Below, piece by piece: positions 36,301-48,507 of a DNA stretch of 64,000 nucleotides. This DNA comes from Anthoceros angustus (Eukaryota > Plantae > Anthocerotophyta): NCBI GenBank assembly GCA_010909165.1, contig MU008159.1:124001-188000 (forward strand). The letters are read 5' to 3'. Positions within the stretch are counted from its first letter, which is position 1. Each line of letters starts with the position of its first letter. Made by a program: the position numbers and the translations under genes. The notes beneath the pieces are model-generated. The model worked only from the letters and a program-made list of their open reading frames with translations. It ran no database searches and was not told the DNA's origin.

Positions 36301-39300
36301 TTTACAGTGCTATGCAAGAAGAAGGCATAGCTGTGCCAGATTCTGTGACTCTTGTGCGCCTCCTGCAGGCCTGTGCAAGTACTGGCGCTCCTGCCTTGGA
36401 TAAGGGAAGCAACTTCATTCGCAAATCACAGAACGAGGATTTCTATCTGATATGTTTGTAGCCAGCAGTTTGGTGAACATGTATGCAAAGTGTGGCAGCT
36501 TGGAGGACGCTCAAAGAGTGTTTGATAGACTTGGTCAAAAGATGTAGTCACATGGACTGCTCTGATTGCAGGATATTCCCAGCAGGGCATGGGTCAGGAA
36601 GCTCTTCATCTCTATTCTGCTATGCAAGAAGATGGTAAGGCTCTACCCAATTCTGTCACATTTGTCTCCCTTCTGCAGGCATGCGCAAGTGTGGGTGCCC
36701 CAGCGTTGGAGACAGGGAAGCAGCTACATACACAAATTAGAGAAGAAGGACACGAAGCTGATGTGTTTATAGGTAACAGTCTAGTGAACATGTATGCAAA
36801 GTGTGGCAGCTTGAAAGATGCTCAAAGATTGTTTGACGGCCTTGGTCAAAAAGATGTGGGGAGTTGGAATGCTCTAATAACAGGGTATTCTCAGAAGGGC
36901 ATGGGGCAGGAGGCCCTTCACCTGTACGGTCTCATGCAAGAAGAAGGCATGGCTATACCTGATTCTGTGACATATCTGTGCCTCTTGCAGGCTTGTGCAA
37001 GTGTGGGTCCCTCCGCTTTGAAGATGGGGAAACAGCTGGATGCGCAAATTAGAGAACAAGGTCATCAAGCTGATGTCGTGGTAGCCTGTAGTCTGGTGAA
37101 CATGTATGCCAAATGTGGCAGCTTGGAGGACGCTCAAACAGTGTTTGATAGACTTGGTGAGAAAGATGTGGTGACATGGACTGCTCTAATTGCAGGGTAT
37201 TCCCAGCAGGGCATGGGTCAGGAAGCCCTTCGACTCTACGGCGTTATGCAAGATGAAGGCATTGCTGTGCCCGATTCTGTGACTTTTGTGTGCCTCCTGC
37301 AGGCATGTGCAAGTGTGGGCATCCCAGCTTTGAAGAAGGGGAAGCAGCTTCATGCACAAATAAAAAAACGGGGACATCAGGCTGATGCATTTATAGCCAA
37401 CAGCTTGGTAAACATGTATGCCAAGTGTGGCAGCCTGGAAGACGCTCAAAGAGTATTTGAGGGACTTGGTAAAAAAGATGCTGTGACGTGGAATTCCATG
37501 ATAACAGGATATTCTCAGCAGGGCATGGGCCAGGAAGCCCTTGGTCTTTACAGTGCTATGCAAAGGGAAGGCATTGCTTTGCCCACTTCTGTGACATTTG
37601 TCTGCCTCCTGCAGGCATGTGCAAGTGTGGGCACTGCAGCTTTGGAGAACGGAAAGCAGCTTCATGTAGACATTAGAGAACAAGGTTTCCAAGCTGATGT
37701 GTTCGTAGCTAATAGTCTGGTAAACATGTATGCAAAATGTGGCAGCTTGGAAGACGCTCAAAGAGTGTTTGACGAACTTGGTCAAAAAGATGTGGTGACA
37801 TGGAATGCTTTAATAACAGGCTATTCCCAGCAGGGCATGGGGAGCGAAGCCCTCCGTCTCTACAGCCTTATGCAAAAAGAAGGGAAGGCTGAACCTGACT
37901 CTGTCACTTATGTGTGCCTCTTGCAGGCATGTGCAAATGTGGGCGTCCCAGCTGTGGAAATGGGAAAGGAGCTTCATGAGCAAATTAGAGACCGAGGACA
38001 TCTAGCTGACGTGTTTGTAGCCAGCAGTTTGGTGAACATGTATGCAAAGTGTGGAAGCTTAGCAGATGCACAAGGACTTTTTGACGGACTTGTTCGAAAA
38101 GATAGTGTGACATGGAATGCCATGATAGCAGGACTTGCCCAGCAGGGCCTGGGCCAGGAAGCCCTTCGCCAATACAGTATTATGCAAGAAGAAGGCACTG
38201 CTGTGCCCAATTCCGTGACATTTGTGTGCCTCCTGCAGGCATGTGCAAGTGTGGGCGACACAGCTCTGGAAATGGGGAAGCAGCTTCATGCTCAAATTAG
38301 AGAACACGGACATGAAGCTGATGGATTCGTAGCCAACAGTCTGGTCAACATGTATGCCAAGTGCAGTAGCTTGGAAGACGCTCAGAGCGTGTTTGATGGA
38401 CTTCGTCAAAAAGATGTGGTGACATGGAATGCCATGATAGCAGGGTATTCCCACCAGGGCATGGCCCAGGAAGCCCTTGGTCTATACAATGCTATGCAAG
38501 AAGAAGGCATGTGCATACCCAATTCTGTGACATTTGTGTGCCTCCTGCAGGCATGTGCAAATATGGGCTCCCCAGCCCTGAAGAAGGGCAAGCAGCTTCA
38601 TGTACAAATTACCAAACGAGGACACCAAGCTGACATGTTTGTAGCCAGTAGTTTGGTAAACATGTATGCAAAGTGCGGAAGCCTAGAAGACGCACGTCGA
38701 GTGTTTGATAGACTTGGTCGAAAAGACATAGTGACATGGAATGCCATGATCGCAGGGTACACCCAGCAGGGAATGTGCCAGGAAGCCTTTCGTCTTTACA
38801 GTGCGATGCAAAAAGATGGCATTGCGGTACCAAACTCAGTGACATTTGTGTGCCTCCTACAGGCATGTGCAAATGTAGCCGCTTTGCATCTGGGAAGACA
38901 GCTGCATCGACAGGTTAAACAGCAAGGGCTCCAAGCTGATGTGGTTGTAGCCAGCAGTTTGATTAACATGTATGGAAAATGCGGGAGCATGGTTGCTGCA
39001 CAGCGCGTGTTTGATGCATTGCCTCACAGAGACGTTGTCACATGGAGTGCACTGATTGCAGGCTACGCCTCTCAAGGAGACAGTGACGTGGTGTTCGACT
39101 TGGTGCAAGAAATGAGAGAGGATGGGATTCAGCCAGTGGGCATCACATTCCTTAGTGTACTAACAGTATGCAGCCATGCGGGTCTAGTGAGCAAGGGGAG
39201 GGAATACTTTGCATCCATGAGCAAACAGTACGGCATCAAACCAACAGTGGAACACTACACATGCATGGTAGATCTCCTGGGTCGTGCAGGCCAACTGGAT

Positions 39301-39687
39301 GAGGCACTAGCTTTGGTAAGGACAATGCCAGGACCCCCTAATGCTGCAGTTTGGCACACTTTGCTGGGTTCTTGCCGAAAGTGGGGCAACGTGGAGGTGG
39401 GACTCCACGCTTTCGAGCAAGCAGTGAAGCTAGACAAAAAAAACGCTGCAGCCTATGTGTCGATGTCAAACATATACCTCGGTGCCCAGATGTGGGAGCA
39501 GGCACAGGAGATGCAGGAGAGGAGAAAAACAATGAGGGCATGGAAGCAGCCGGGTCAGAGCTGGTGGACAGACGTGGACGGCGTTGGGCACAGATTTTTG
39601 GTTCGGGATAAGGAGCATCCCTACGGTCAAGAAAAGCTAGAGCAAGTATTTCTGAAAACGCAGAAACATGGATATGCGCCACGCTGA
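33303..39687 (+). CDS. PLS-class PPR editing factor with WW-type E+ end and internal near-identical duplications (about 1500 aa once collapsed)
   Basis: ORFs 33303-35102 and 36589-39687 plus frameshifted pieces. Segment ~34750-35330 recurs at ~35371-35940, and ~34074-35340 recurs at ~35941-37205. Ends WKQPGQSWWTDVDG...KHGYAPR. Confidence 0.9.
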
Positions 39688-39991
39688 GATGTTGGGTGTG
39701 TGTTGGTTGTCACATACAAAGGAAATTGAGCAAATGTTCTTCCTCTACTAACGAATTCCCATGCATTTCAAAGCTTTAAAAGCTCAGATTTGTCACATCT
39801 TCGCCAACTTGCTTAAGGGGGTGAAATTGTAGCATATCCTGATAGGCCCAGAAGAGATTACTCCTAGTCTCGGTGACAAAGTGTGCCAGGTTAGAAGGCG
39901 ATCAACACCTAGAATTCTGCATGCCCATCTGCCATATACCTTTGTTCGTCCGGGAACCGTCCGGGAAAAGGATCTCCTGTTTTAAAACAAG

Positions 39992-40011
39992 TTTAGGGTT
40001 TAGGGTTTAGG
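39992..40011 (+). repeat. Short interstitial telomere-type tract (TTTAGGG)x~3 / telo-box
   Basis: TTTAGGGTTTAGGGTTTAGG read directly. A related CCCTAAACCCTAGGGTTAGGGTT occurs near 8360. Confidence 0.6.
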
Positions 40012-40944
40012 CCATTAACGCTCTCTTGACGGTTGGTGTTGCTCTCCTTCCTTCCTTTTTGTCAAGTGCTTTCACGCTTTAGAACTCACAGTAGGGAGTC
40101 CGGTGTGTCCAGATAAAATCCAGACGAGAATAATAACTACAGCATTTTTCCCTCCTTACTTAACTAGTTCCCAATCTCCTTTCCCACTAGTACTTAACGC
40201 ATCCCTCCTTTTTGTCGAGTGCTCTCACTTATTATCCTTGGCTTCTTATTATAGTGAATTTAATGTGAGGATAGGCAAGATGGATAGTTAGACAAGTTCA
40301 GATCATAGCTTGTTCTCTAGATATGCAATGCAAGAGTGTTGTGAGGAGGCCAAGGTTATGACTCCGAGAACGATGTGTGAGGAATTTACGTGATCCATTC
40401 TCGCAAAATAGGGCTAGTCAAGATCTAAACGAGTCAAGATCCATTCTGCAAGATAGAGCTAGTCAAGATCTATAATGGCAAGATGAATTTTGTGTGGCAG
40501 GATCAATTTCACGATACAAACAAGTTTAGATGCATCTTGCCTAAGCTGTGTTATAAAGCTGAGGGATGCGAAGAGGATAGTACCAACCAGCGCCTCTTCT
40601 TGAAGAGTAGTTGAAACTCGGAAATTATTTTTAAAAGGTATTATGAATAAGGTTATAAACAATAGCACCTCAAATACAAAGATCCCTAAAGATGTTGTTT
40701 TAAGACCAAGTAAATTACCATCTATTGATGTAAACATTTGCACATACAAATGTAGGTTCAAGCCATGCTGGAAAAAGTTGCTCATAAAAATATGGATGCA
40801 ACTGTGAGAACGAATCAAAGATGCTCCACCTAATGTATACAAGATGCTAAAAAAAATGACAGTTAAACGATGTTGTATATCAATAAATGAACGATGTTGA
40901 ACGATGTTGTATATCAATAAATTTGATATTTAATTAAATCATAT

Positions 40945-41340
40945 AGTAACACCCCTACAACGAACACAACAAAACCACAACAAAACCAACACCAGGCCTC
41001 CAGGTAGCCTGCCATCCTTACGCGACTCACAAGCTACAGGCCACCAAGTAGCCTGCTGTCCTTAGACGACTCACAGGCCACCAATTAGGCCGCCATCCTT
41101 AGATGACTCACAAACTCACTTTCTTAGACTACTCGTATCTGGCTACTCTTTACTAGAGAGAGAACAAGGAGTACAAAGAGTGAAATTAGGGAGTGCTGAC
41201 CATAGCTCCTCATACTTTCTCGAGGCTTTTGCAACTTCCAAGCTCCTGTGAGCTTCTTATGAGGAGAGTGGAAGAAGTAATCCTCTAAGGCTACCCTCAT
41301 CCTATTATATACTAGGGCTTTCTTCTTCCCTATGCTTTAA
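40945..41340 (-). mobile_element. Possible solo-LTR fragment
   Basis: Composition typical of a reversed plant LTR (ACAACAAAACC runs, short internal repeats, CT-rich tract, TATATA box). No partner LTR found. Confidence 0.25.
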
Positions 41341-42616
41341 TCCCATAATGACGAGGTTCTTTTCGCAATTTTACTGTTCAAATATTCATTATATGTTTTC
41401 AAAGGGCATGTTAATTCTATGCATTTCTTTGGCAACACCATAATTAAGAACGTGTTATTGCCTTGTAAATGATGTATGCCACTTACAATTCTGATGTGTA
41501 TACATTCTTGCACCAAAATCCATGTATATTTTCCCAAAGCCTCGTTTATAGGTTTTTGGGTGCAATCTTTTGCCGTCCAAGATGTTACAGTCCACGTTCC
41601 CTTGAGCAAACATTTCCATGGATACCCAGCAGTGTCCTCTAGGTGTGTGCAAAAAAAACGAAGTCAAATAAGTCATGTTTGATTGCCAAAGAATTTTCAC
41701 TAAGGCCAAGAACCTTGCAAAGCCCCCGACCATAGTTACATGAAAACTGCCCACAACATCGTGGTCTACGTGCCGCGATGGCCGAGAGTGAGGCAGGGGA
41801 GTTTTCAAGTAACCGCGCATAAAATGACCGGTTACAAGTAACCGCGCATAAAATGACACGTGTTAAAAGAATCTATTGGAATCTTTGAGGGTGAAGTCAA
41901 ATTTTGAGGTATTTTTTGATTTTTTTAACATGATATTGAAGGGCCAGGCCACCGAAATATATGATGAAGATTGGAAAGTTCAAAATATGGGTAAAAATAA
42001 ATGCATGGAGTGATTTGTATTATTAAAGACTCGTTTTGAGTAGATTCGTCATCGGGTTAACTACCACTTAATTCAAACTTAACTAATAATAAATTAAATC
42101 AATTATAATTATAGTTAACTTAATTATAGTGGCGTCAATTAAACTCAACTGTAGTTCATTCAATAATTAACTCATTTTGCAATGCCAATTCACTCAACGT
42201 ATTAGCTTTGATCCTGACTTCTTACTCATATAAAAATAGTTTATTATGATTAAAAATGATTAAAAAAAGTATCAATAATAATAATACTTAAGATATCACT
42301 AGAAATTATCTTCATCGAGCTTAATTACTGGACTTATTATGACCTAGGGGTCTACCTAGAATGTCTCATCCTACATGGACTCACCTTATCAAATATTTTC
42401 CTTATCAAATATTTTTCTCTAAAACACTCGCATGTTGTAGTAATGAACTCAACCCATCACTACTTGTTCAATGAAGTGCTTGCTCCCAAGCAATTCTATG
42501 GTTAGGTCAAACAACAAGGTGCATATTCTTTGTGGAAGGGCTGCCATCAGCCACTACCTCAGATTTAGAGTTTACGTAGCCAAGTAATAACACGGCCTGT
42601 TCATAGGTCCTGTAAC

Positions 42617-42726
42617 TCATGAGCATCGTTCATCCTTCAGGCGACATCCTGTTATTCATGAGCATCGTTCATCCTTCAGGCGACATCCTGCTATTCATGA
42701 GCATCGTTCATCCTTCAGGCGACATC
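42617..42726. repeat. 39-bp tandem repeat x~3
   Basis: TCATGAGCATCGTTCATCCTTCAGGCGACATC at 42617, 42656 and 42695. Confidence 0.9.
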
Positions 42727-43042
42727 TCCAGTCAGTATCACAGACGGTATGAAGGATGATATGATACATCACAGGTTGTGATCTCGGCCGACAAACCCAT
42801 TCGCTCTTAAATTACAAAACAGTACCTGTAACATGTCCAAAAATGTTACCACTTGCTCAGTGCTGCAAGTGCAAGTTTTACGGGCACAGTATAAATAGCT
42901 CCACTTCCTTGTTCTCCTGTTACAGCAGCGAATAGGGCGAAGGGCAGAAAAATGATGAGCACCCGGGGTTCCAAGTGCACCACTAAACAGTCAAATGTGA
43001 TCCTAAGCACAGTTCACACTTGAAACGAGTCCCCACTCCTGG

Positions 43043-44074
43043 TTATCTCCGCGCACCTACTCGCAAATCTGCAACTAAGGATTCTGGTCTGTGTTCAATG
43101 ACTTCATCAATCAGCCCGAACTCCTTAGCATCCTCTGGAGACATGAATTTGTCTCGCTCCATGCTTTGCTCTATCATGGTCAAGCAACCCTAGTCACAAT
43201 GCAGCACTTTGTGCAGAGATACAAAGTGGGCAACAAAGTTTGTAGGGAAAGCATAGCATGGACTACCAGCAGGAAGGAATGGAGACATTACCAATTTTCT
43301 CAACGTCGTTGCCAGTATGCTTCATATACAGCCTGTTCAGCCTAGACCTCATGTCCAAAATCTCCCGAGCTTGGATGGCAATGTCACTGGCCTGGCCACT
43401 GGCCCCTCCGGAAGGCTGATGGATCATCACCCGAGCGTTTGGCAAGGACCTTCTCTCCCCAGCCTCCCCGGCCGTGAGCAGCAATGAGCCCATCGATGCT
43501 GCTTGGCCCACACAGAGGGTGGTGACAGGGCATCGGATGTACTGCACCGGCACCAGCACCAGCACCAGAACCAGCAGCATGCAAGTTAGGATATGTCATC
43601 ATCCTCTTTTTCTGTGACATCGGTTTTAGCCCAGCTCGGAAAGCAAGCTCCACACTGACCTGCATGGTGTCGTATATCGCCAGACCAGCTGTCACCACGC
43701 CTCCAGGAGAGTTGATGTACAAGTGAACCTGCAGAACGAAGAAAAGGGAAGAATTTGGGTCACCCGTTGCTGAATCCAGTCTGGAGATGGAGGGGTTGCT
43801 TGCAAGAAGGAGAGACAGGTACCGGCTTCTCGGGTTGCTCCGACTCCAGATACAGCAGCTGGGCCACCACGAGGGAGGCAGTGTCGTCGGAGATGGGGCC
43901 ATGGATGCACACAATTCGCTCCTTGAGCAGGCGGGAGAAGATGTCATAGGCTCGCTCCCCCCTCGCGGTGTGCTCGATGACCATGGGCACCAGGTTGTAC
44001 CTGCGAATGCTGTGCTGCATCCACGCGGAACGCAGCCCCCTGGAGGTCCTCCATGCCGAACCCACCAATGCCAT
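43043..44074 (-). CDS. CLPP2: ATP-dependent Clp protease proteolytic subunit, mitochondrial ClpP2-like (4 exons)
   Basis: [27 protein letters not shown]; [23 protein letters not shown]; [11 protein letters not shown] (catalytic Ser); MIHQPSGG (His); [23 protein letters not shown]-terminal Arg/Ser-rich presequence. GT-AG introns. Confidence 0.93.
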
Positions 44075-45262
44075 GACTGCTGGAAACGGAAATGGGCTCC
44101 GGGCTTCACCTCCGGCTGATGCTCCGGCTGCCAGTCTCCGGGCAATCAGAGCAGAGCATCCAGAACTGGCGGGGCCGCCGATCTGATGCCCAAATACCTA
44201 CGCATACGTTTCCCAGAAATTCCGTATGTCAAAGGGTCCAGCAGCAAGCGTCGCGCCCTGTGGAGGATCTCACGTCTCTTGGAAGGCTCTCACATGCGCG
44301 TTGCAATCGAGGCCGGCTCATTCTTTCCTCTCCTTCTCTACCCCCGGTTTCCCTTCAGCCTGTCCTCATGGTAGACTTCTGCTTTGTCCTGTTTCTTCAG
44401 ATTGTTTTCCTTGTCTCCTTTCTTCTCCTCAAAAAAGCATACCTCCCGGCTATGCTGTTCGTAGGTTTGATCGCTGCTATTATCAAGAACCCTTCCTATT
44501 AGGTCCCTTCCCTTCCCTTTCTGCACCTCCTCCTCCTTGTTTCTGGGTCCGCTCTCTCGGGGTTTCTGGAGTTTCCGATCGGCAAGAGGCGGCTGCGCAG
44601 CGTTTGGCAGGTTCAAACCAGGTGACATCTTGGCAGCATCGGCTCTCCTGAGGTATGAAACAGTTTGAATCTCCTTCCTTCAATTTTGTTCCTGCAAGCA
44701 TTGGGAAGGCCACCGTGGAACGAGCATGTTCTCTTCCTCTGTAAGTTCGGCTTCTGTGACTTCTCCACGACACACAACCGGTATCGGTGTTTCAAGATTA
44801 GTGAAGGGCATCTGGCACAGGTAGGGTTTGCTAGGGTTAGGCATCCTCTTCCCCATCTGCAGAGCGGGACCAACGGTGAAGGTTTAGGTTGCATGTGTGG
44901 ATTCACCCATAGTTGTTCGATTTCTGCAAGGCTTGCTCCATGGTGATTGGAAGATAAGGTATATCGAATTTTGTAGCAGCAAGGGGAGGCAAGGTAAGCG
45001 TGTTGTGTAGCATTCAGTAGGATTGGGTGGCAAGGAAGGAGGTAAGGGTTAAGGTGTGGGCTTGGAGGTTAAAAGGTTCTGATTGTTATGTCGAGGGGTG
45101 TGGCAGCGTTGGATCGTGTAGAGTTGTTGGTTGCCATAGCCGGGCTTGGGGTTCCGTGGAGCTTTTAGGACACGACTGCTGAGAGGAAGATAAGTGTTGT
45201 TTGTTTTGAGTGTCGGGCAAGGTGTATGTTGTGCAGTAATTGTCTGATCCTTACCCCTGACC

Positions 45263-47398
45263 ATGGCCACCGTTCTGCGACGGAGGCCAGCCCCCAGGAA
45301 TAGCGGTAACAAGATTGTTATACACACTGTTACCAGTCAGCCTGCAGTGGAGGCTCAGCTCAAGGCCGGTGCCGTCAAAGGCACCGACCAGTCTAGCAGT
45401 AGTGGGAGCTCTAGCAGTAGGCAGGACAGTGGCCATGAGTCTTCCATAAACAGCAGCAGCGTGAGCTGCGTGTATGAGCAGAAGATGTGTGCCACATGTG
45501 CATGCCCCATGTCGTGTTGCCTGTGCAGCACTGCATTCAGCACCCTCAAGGGTGTTCAGTGGACGGGGAAGATGAATGCGCTGCCTGGCTGCAAGGGGGA
45601 CGCTAGTAGTAGCACTGGGAGTGGATCCGAGAGCAACATAAAGGCCGCTGGCTGGGGCCACAATGAGCCTCTCTTCCTGGCAGCAGCAGCCGCTCTGACA
45701 GCCCTGCAGGCCCTCATCCTGGCGCTGCAGCGGGTGAATGGGCGGGGCTGGGCCGAGAAGGGTCTGGAGGCACAGGCTAATGCATGCATGTTCTGGGTGC
45801 AGGCTGCAGCCCATGCAGTTGGCCAAGATGATGACTTCAAGCCCAGATTTGCATCCGGCTCATCAGCATTCCATGATGCAGAGATGCTGCTTGCTCTTCC
45901 CGACTGCGAGCAAGGCCAGGAGAAGAGAAGAAAGCGCAGTGCCCCATCATCCAAGCTCACGCAGCCCCAGCAGCAGGGGTGGCAGCCTTCTTTGTCTTTC
46001 TCCCCCGCCCTTTCCTCCTCCCCCTCTGGCTCCTCTGGCTTCTCTTTGTCCAGGGGATGACCTGGATGAGCCATCCGCTCTGGAGCCTTCCGTCTTGGAG
46101 TCCCTGGTCCAGACCCTCATAGGCACCACCCCTGGGACTGGGACAGAGCAGGCACCACCCTCCCCCCTAGACAAGCCTGCAGACACAGTGGGGAAGTCCG
46201 AGACCAGCCCTCCAGAGACGAAGAAACTCCCTTCACCACCCCAAGCTTCCACCACCTCCTCGACCACCAACATTGAGCAGGGTGACGAAGTGGTGAAGAC
46301 TGGTAGTGTGAAAGCAGCTCCAGCATTCCTTCCTCCCGTGTCCAAGAGGTCATCAGAGACAATGACTAGGAAGCAGAAGAGGAACCTGAAGAAGAAGAGC
46401 AAGAACTCGGTACCTTCTTCTGTCACAGTGACACCCAGAGACCGTCCCGCATCTGCCAAGTAACTATCCTCAATCTGGTCTCGCGGATAGGAGTGGACAG
46501 GGAAGATGAATGCGCTGCCTGGCTGCAAGGGGACGCTAGTAGTAGCACTGGGAGTGGATCCGAGAGCAACATAAAGGCCGCTGGCTGGGGCCACAATGAG
46601 CCTCTCTTCCTGGCAGCAGCAGCCGCTCTGACAGCCCTGCAGGCCCTCATCCTGGCGCTGCAGCGGGTGAATGGGCGGGGCTGGGCCGAGAAGGGTCTGG
46701 AGGCACAGGCTAATGCATGCATGTTCTGGGTGCAGGCTGCAGCCCATGCAGTTGGCCAAGATGATGACTTCAAGCCCAGATTTGCATCCGGCTCATCAGC
46801 ATTCCATGATGCAGAGATGCTGCTTGCTCTTCCCGACTGCGAGCAAGGCCAGGAGAAGAGAAGAAAGCGCAGTGCCCCATCATCCAAGCTCACGCAGCCC
46901 CAGCAGCAGGGGTGGCAGCCTTCTTTGTCTTTCTCCCCCGCCCTTTCCTCCTCCCCCTCTGGCTCCTCTGGCTTCTCTTTTGTCCAGGGGGATGACCTGG
47001 ATGAGCCATCCGCTCTGGAGCCTTCCGTCTTGGAGTCCCTGGTCCAGACCCTCATAGGCACCACCCCTGGGACTGGGACAGAGCAGGCACCACCCTCCCC
47101 CCTAGACAAGCCTGCAGACACAGTGGGGAAGTCCGAGACCAGCCCTCCAGAGACGAAGAAACTCCCTTCACCACCCCAAGCTTCCACCACCTCCTCGACC
47201 ACCAACATTGAGCAGGGTGACGAAGTGGTGAAGACTGGTAGTGTGAAAGCAGCTCCAGCATTCCTTCCTCCCGTGTCCAAGAGGTCATCAGAGACAATGA
47301 CTAGGAAGCAGAAGAGGAACCTGAAGAAGAAGAGCAAGAACTCGGTACCTTCTTCTGTCACAGTGACACCCAGAGACCGTCCCGCATCTGCCAAGTAA
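45263..47398 (+). CDS. Uncharacterised Ser-rich protein (~400 aa), C-terminal two-thirds tandemly duplicated
   Basis: ORF 45263-46060 continues after a homopolymer frameshift to 46463. The second copy (46493-47398) is in frame across that site. No family recognised. Confidence 0.5.
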
Positions 47399-48507
47399 CT
47401 ATCCTCAATCTGGTCTCGCGGATAGGAGTGGACAGAGTGGCCACCTCTGCAACATGCCACAGATGCCAGCAACAGCAGGCTGCTCCTGACGATTTGTCCA
47501 TATGCACCTTTCTAGTTCTGCCTACTCCTGGACTCCTGAGACCCGTGGCTTGCTTGCTAGCTGTACGAGCTGTATATAAAAACCACTATTTCTACTCGTG
47601 TTGTCTGCATGAGCCTGCCACGATTCCCCACAACCCTATCTTCCAATCAGCAAGTCCCACAGCATATGCTGCTGTTCGAAAGCACATGACACGGAGATCC
47701 CGGCTGCCACTTGCAACCGGCTAATCCCGGTCGCGAGCCGGTGACGGCCCGACATTGGAGTCTCTGGGGGCTTGCGGGACAAGGGCTGCCCGACACTTGC
47801 TGGGAGAGCTGTTGGTATTTTAACTGGCCTTCTTGTTCCTTGTTCCACGGCACCTGGAACTGTACTTCCCGGACTCGACGACTGGACTCGGTATCATCGA
47901 GTTGATGCCAGCGAGCATCCAGAGTTCCTGCCGGGGATATTCCGCGGCTGATCCGTCGTCCGGGCGAGGTGCGGCCGCAGCAAGGCAGAGGCGAGGGCCG
48001 CGGCTCTGTCTGCTCTCCTCTGCGTGTGCGCTACGGGAACATCGCCTCGGGAGACGGGTGAGGTGCGCGGCAGCCGGCTGACGGGAGGCGGAGGTGTGCG
48101 AGCGTCTGCTCTGTCTTTCTTTGTGCGCTTCTGTTGCCAATTTGGATCACGGTGATGGCGTGAGGTTACTGTATTGCGATCGGGTGGGAAGCTCGTGTGG
48201 TTGGGAAGATGCTGTACGGTGCTTGCAAGGGGATCGGCTTGGAAGTGATTCTTGCTGCTTTGGTAGCTTCCTCCCGAGAAGTGATGCTTCTCTTGGATTC
48301 TTGGTTAATCTCTGTCGGATTGCTTGCTGACGAGCGCGTGGTTTGCGCGCCGGCATGTCCTTTGGCTCCGCTTGTTCTCGGTATTTTTTACGAAGCGGCT
48401 GTATATGTGTAGGTGACCGAGGCCATCCGATCAAGATTTCAATAATTTCGGAAGACAGTTCTGGTCACTGGAAGCTTGAGGAGCTGTGGAATCGAGAGGC
48501 GAAAGGG

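Noticed and set aside
16508-39437. Recurrent antisense ORFs (MHVYQTVG/FQAATL type) opposite the PPR genes
   Set aside because: By-products of the repetitive PPR codon pattern.
40459-40917. 152-aa minus-strand ORF
   Set aside because: AT-rich, TE-flanked, no recognisable motif; probably spurious.
44186-44502. Small hydrophobic ORF divergent from ClpP2
   Set aside because: No consistent start or splice model could be built.
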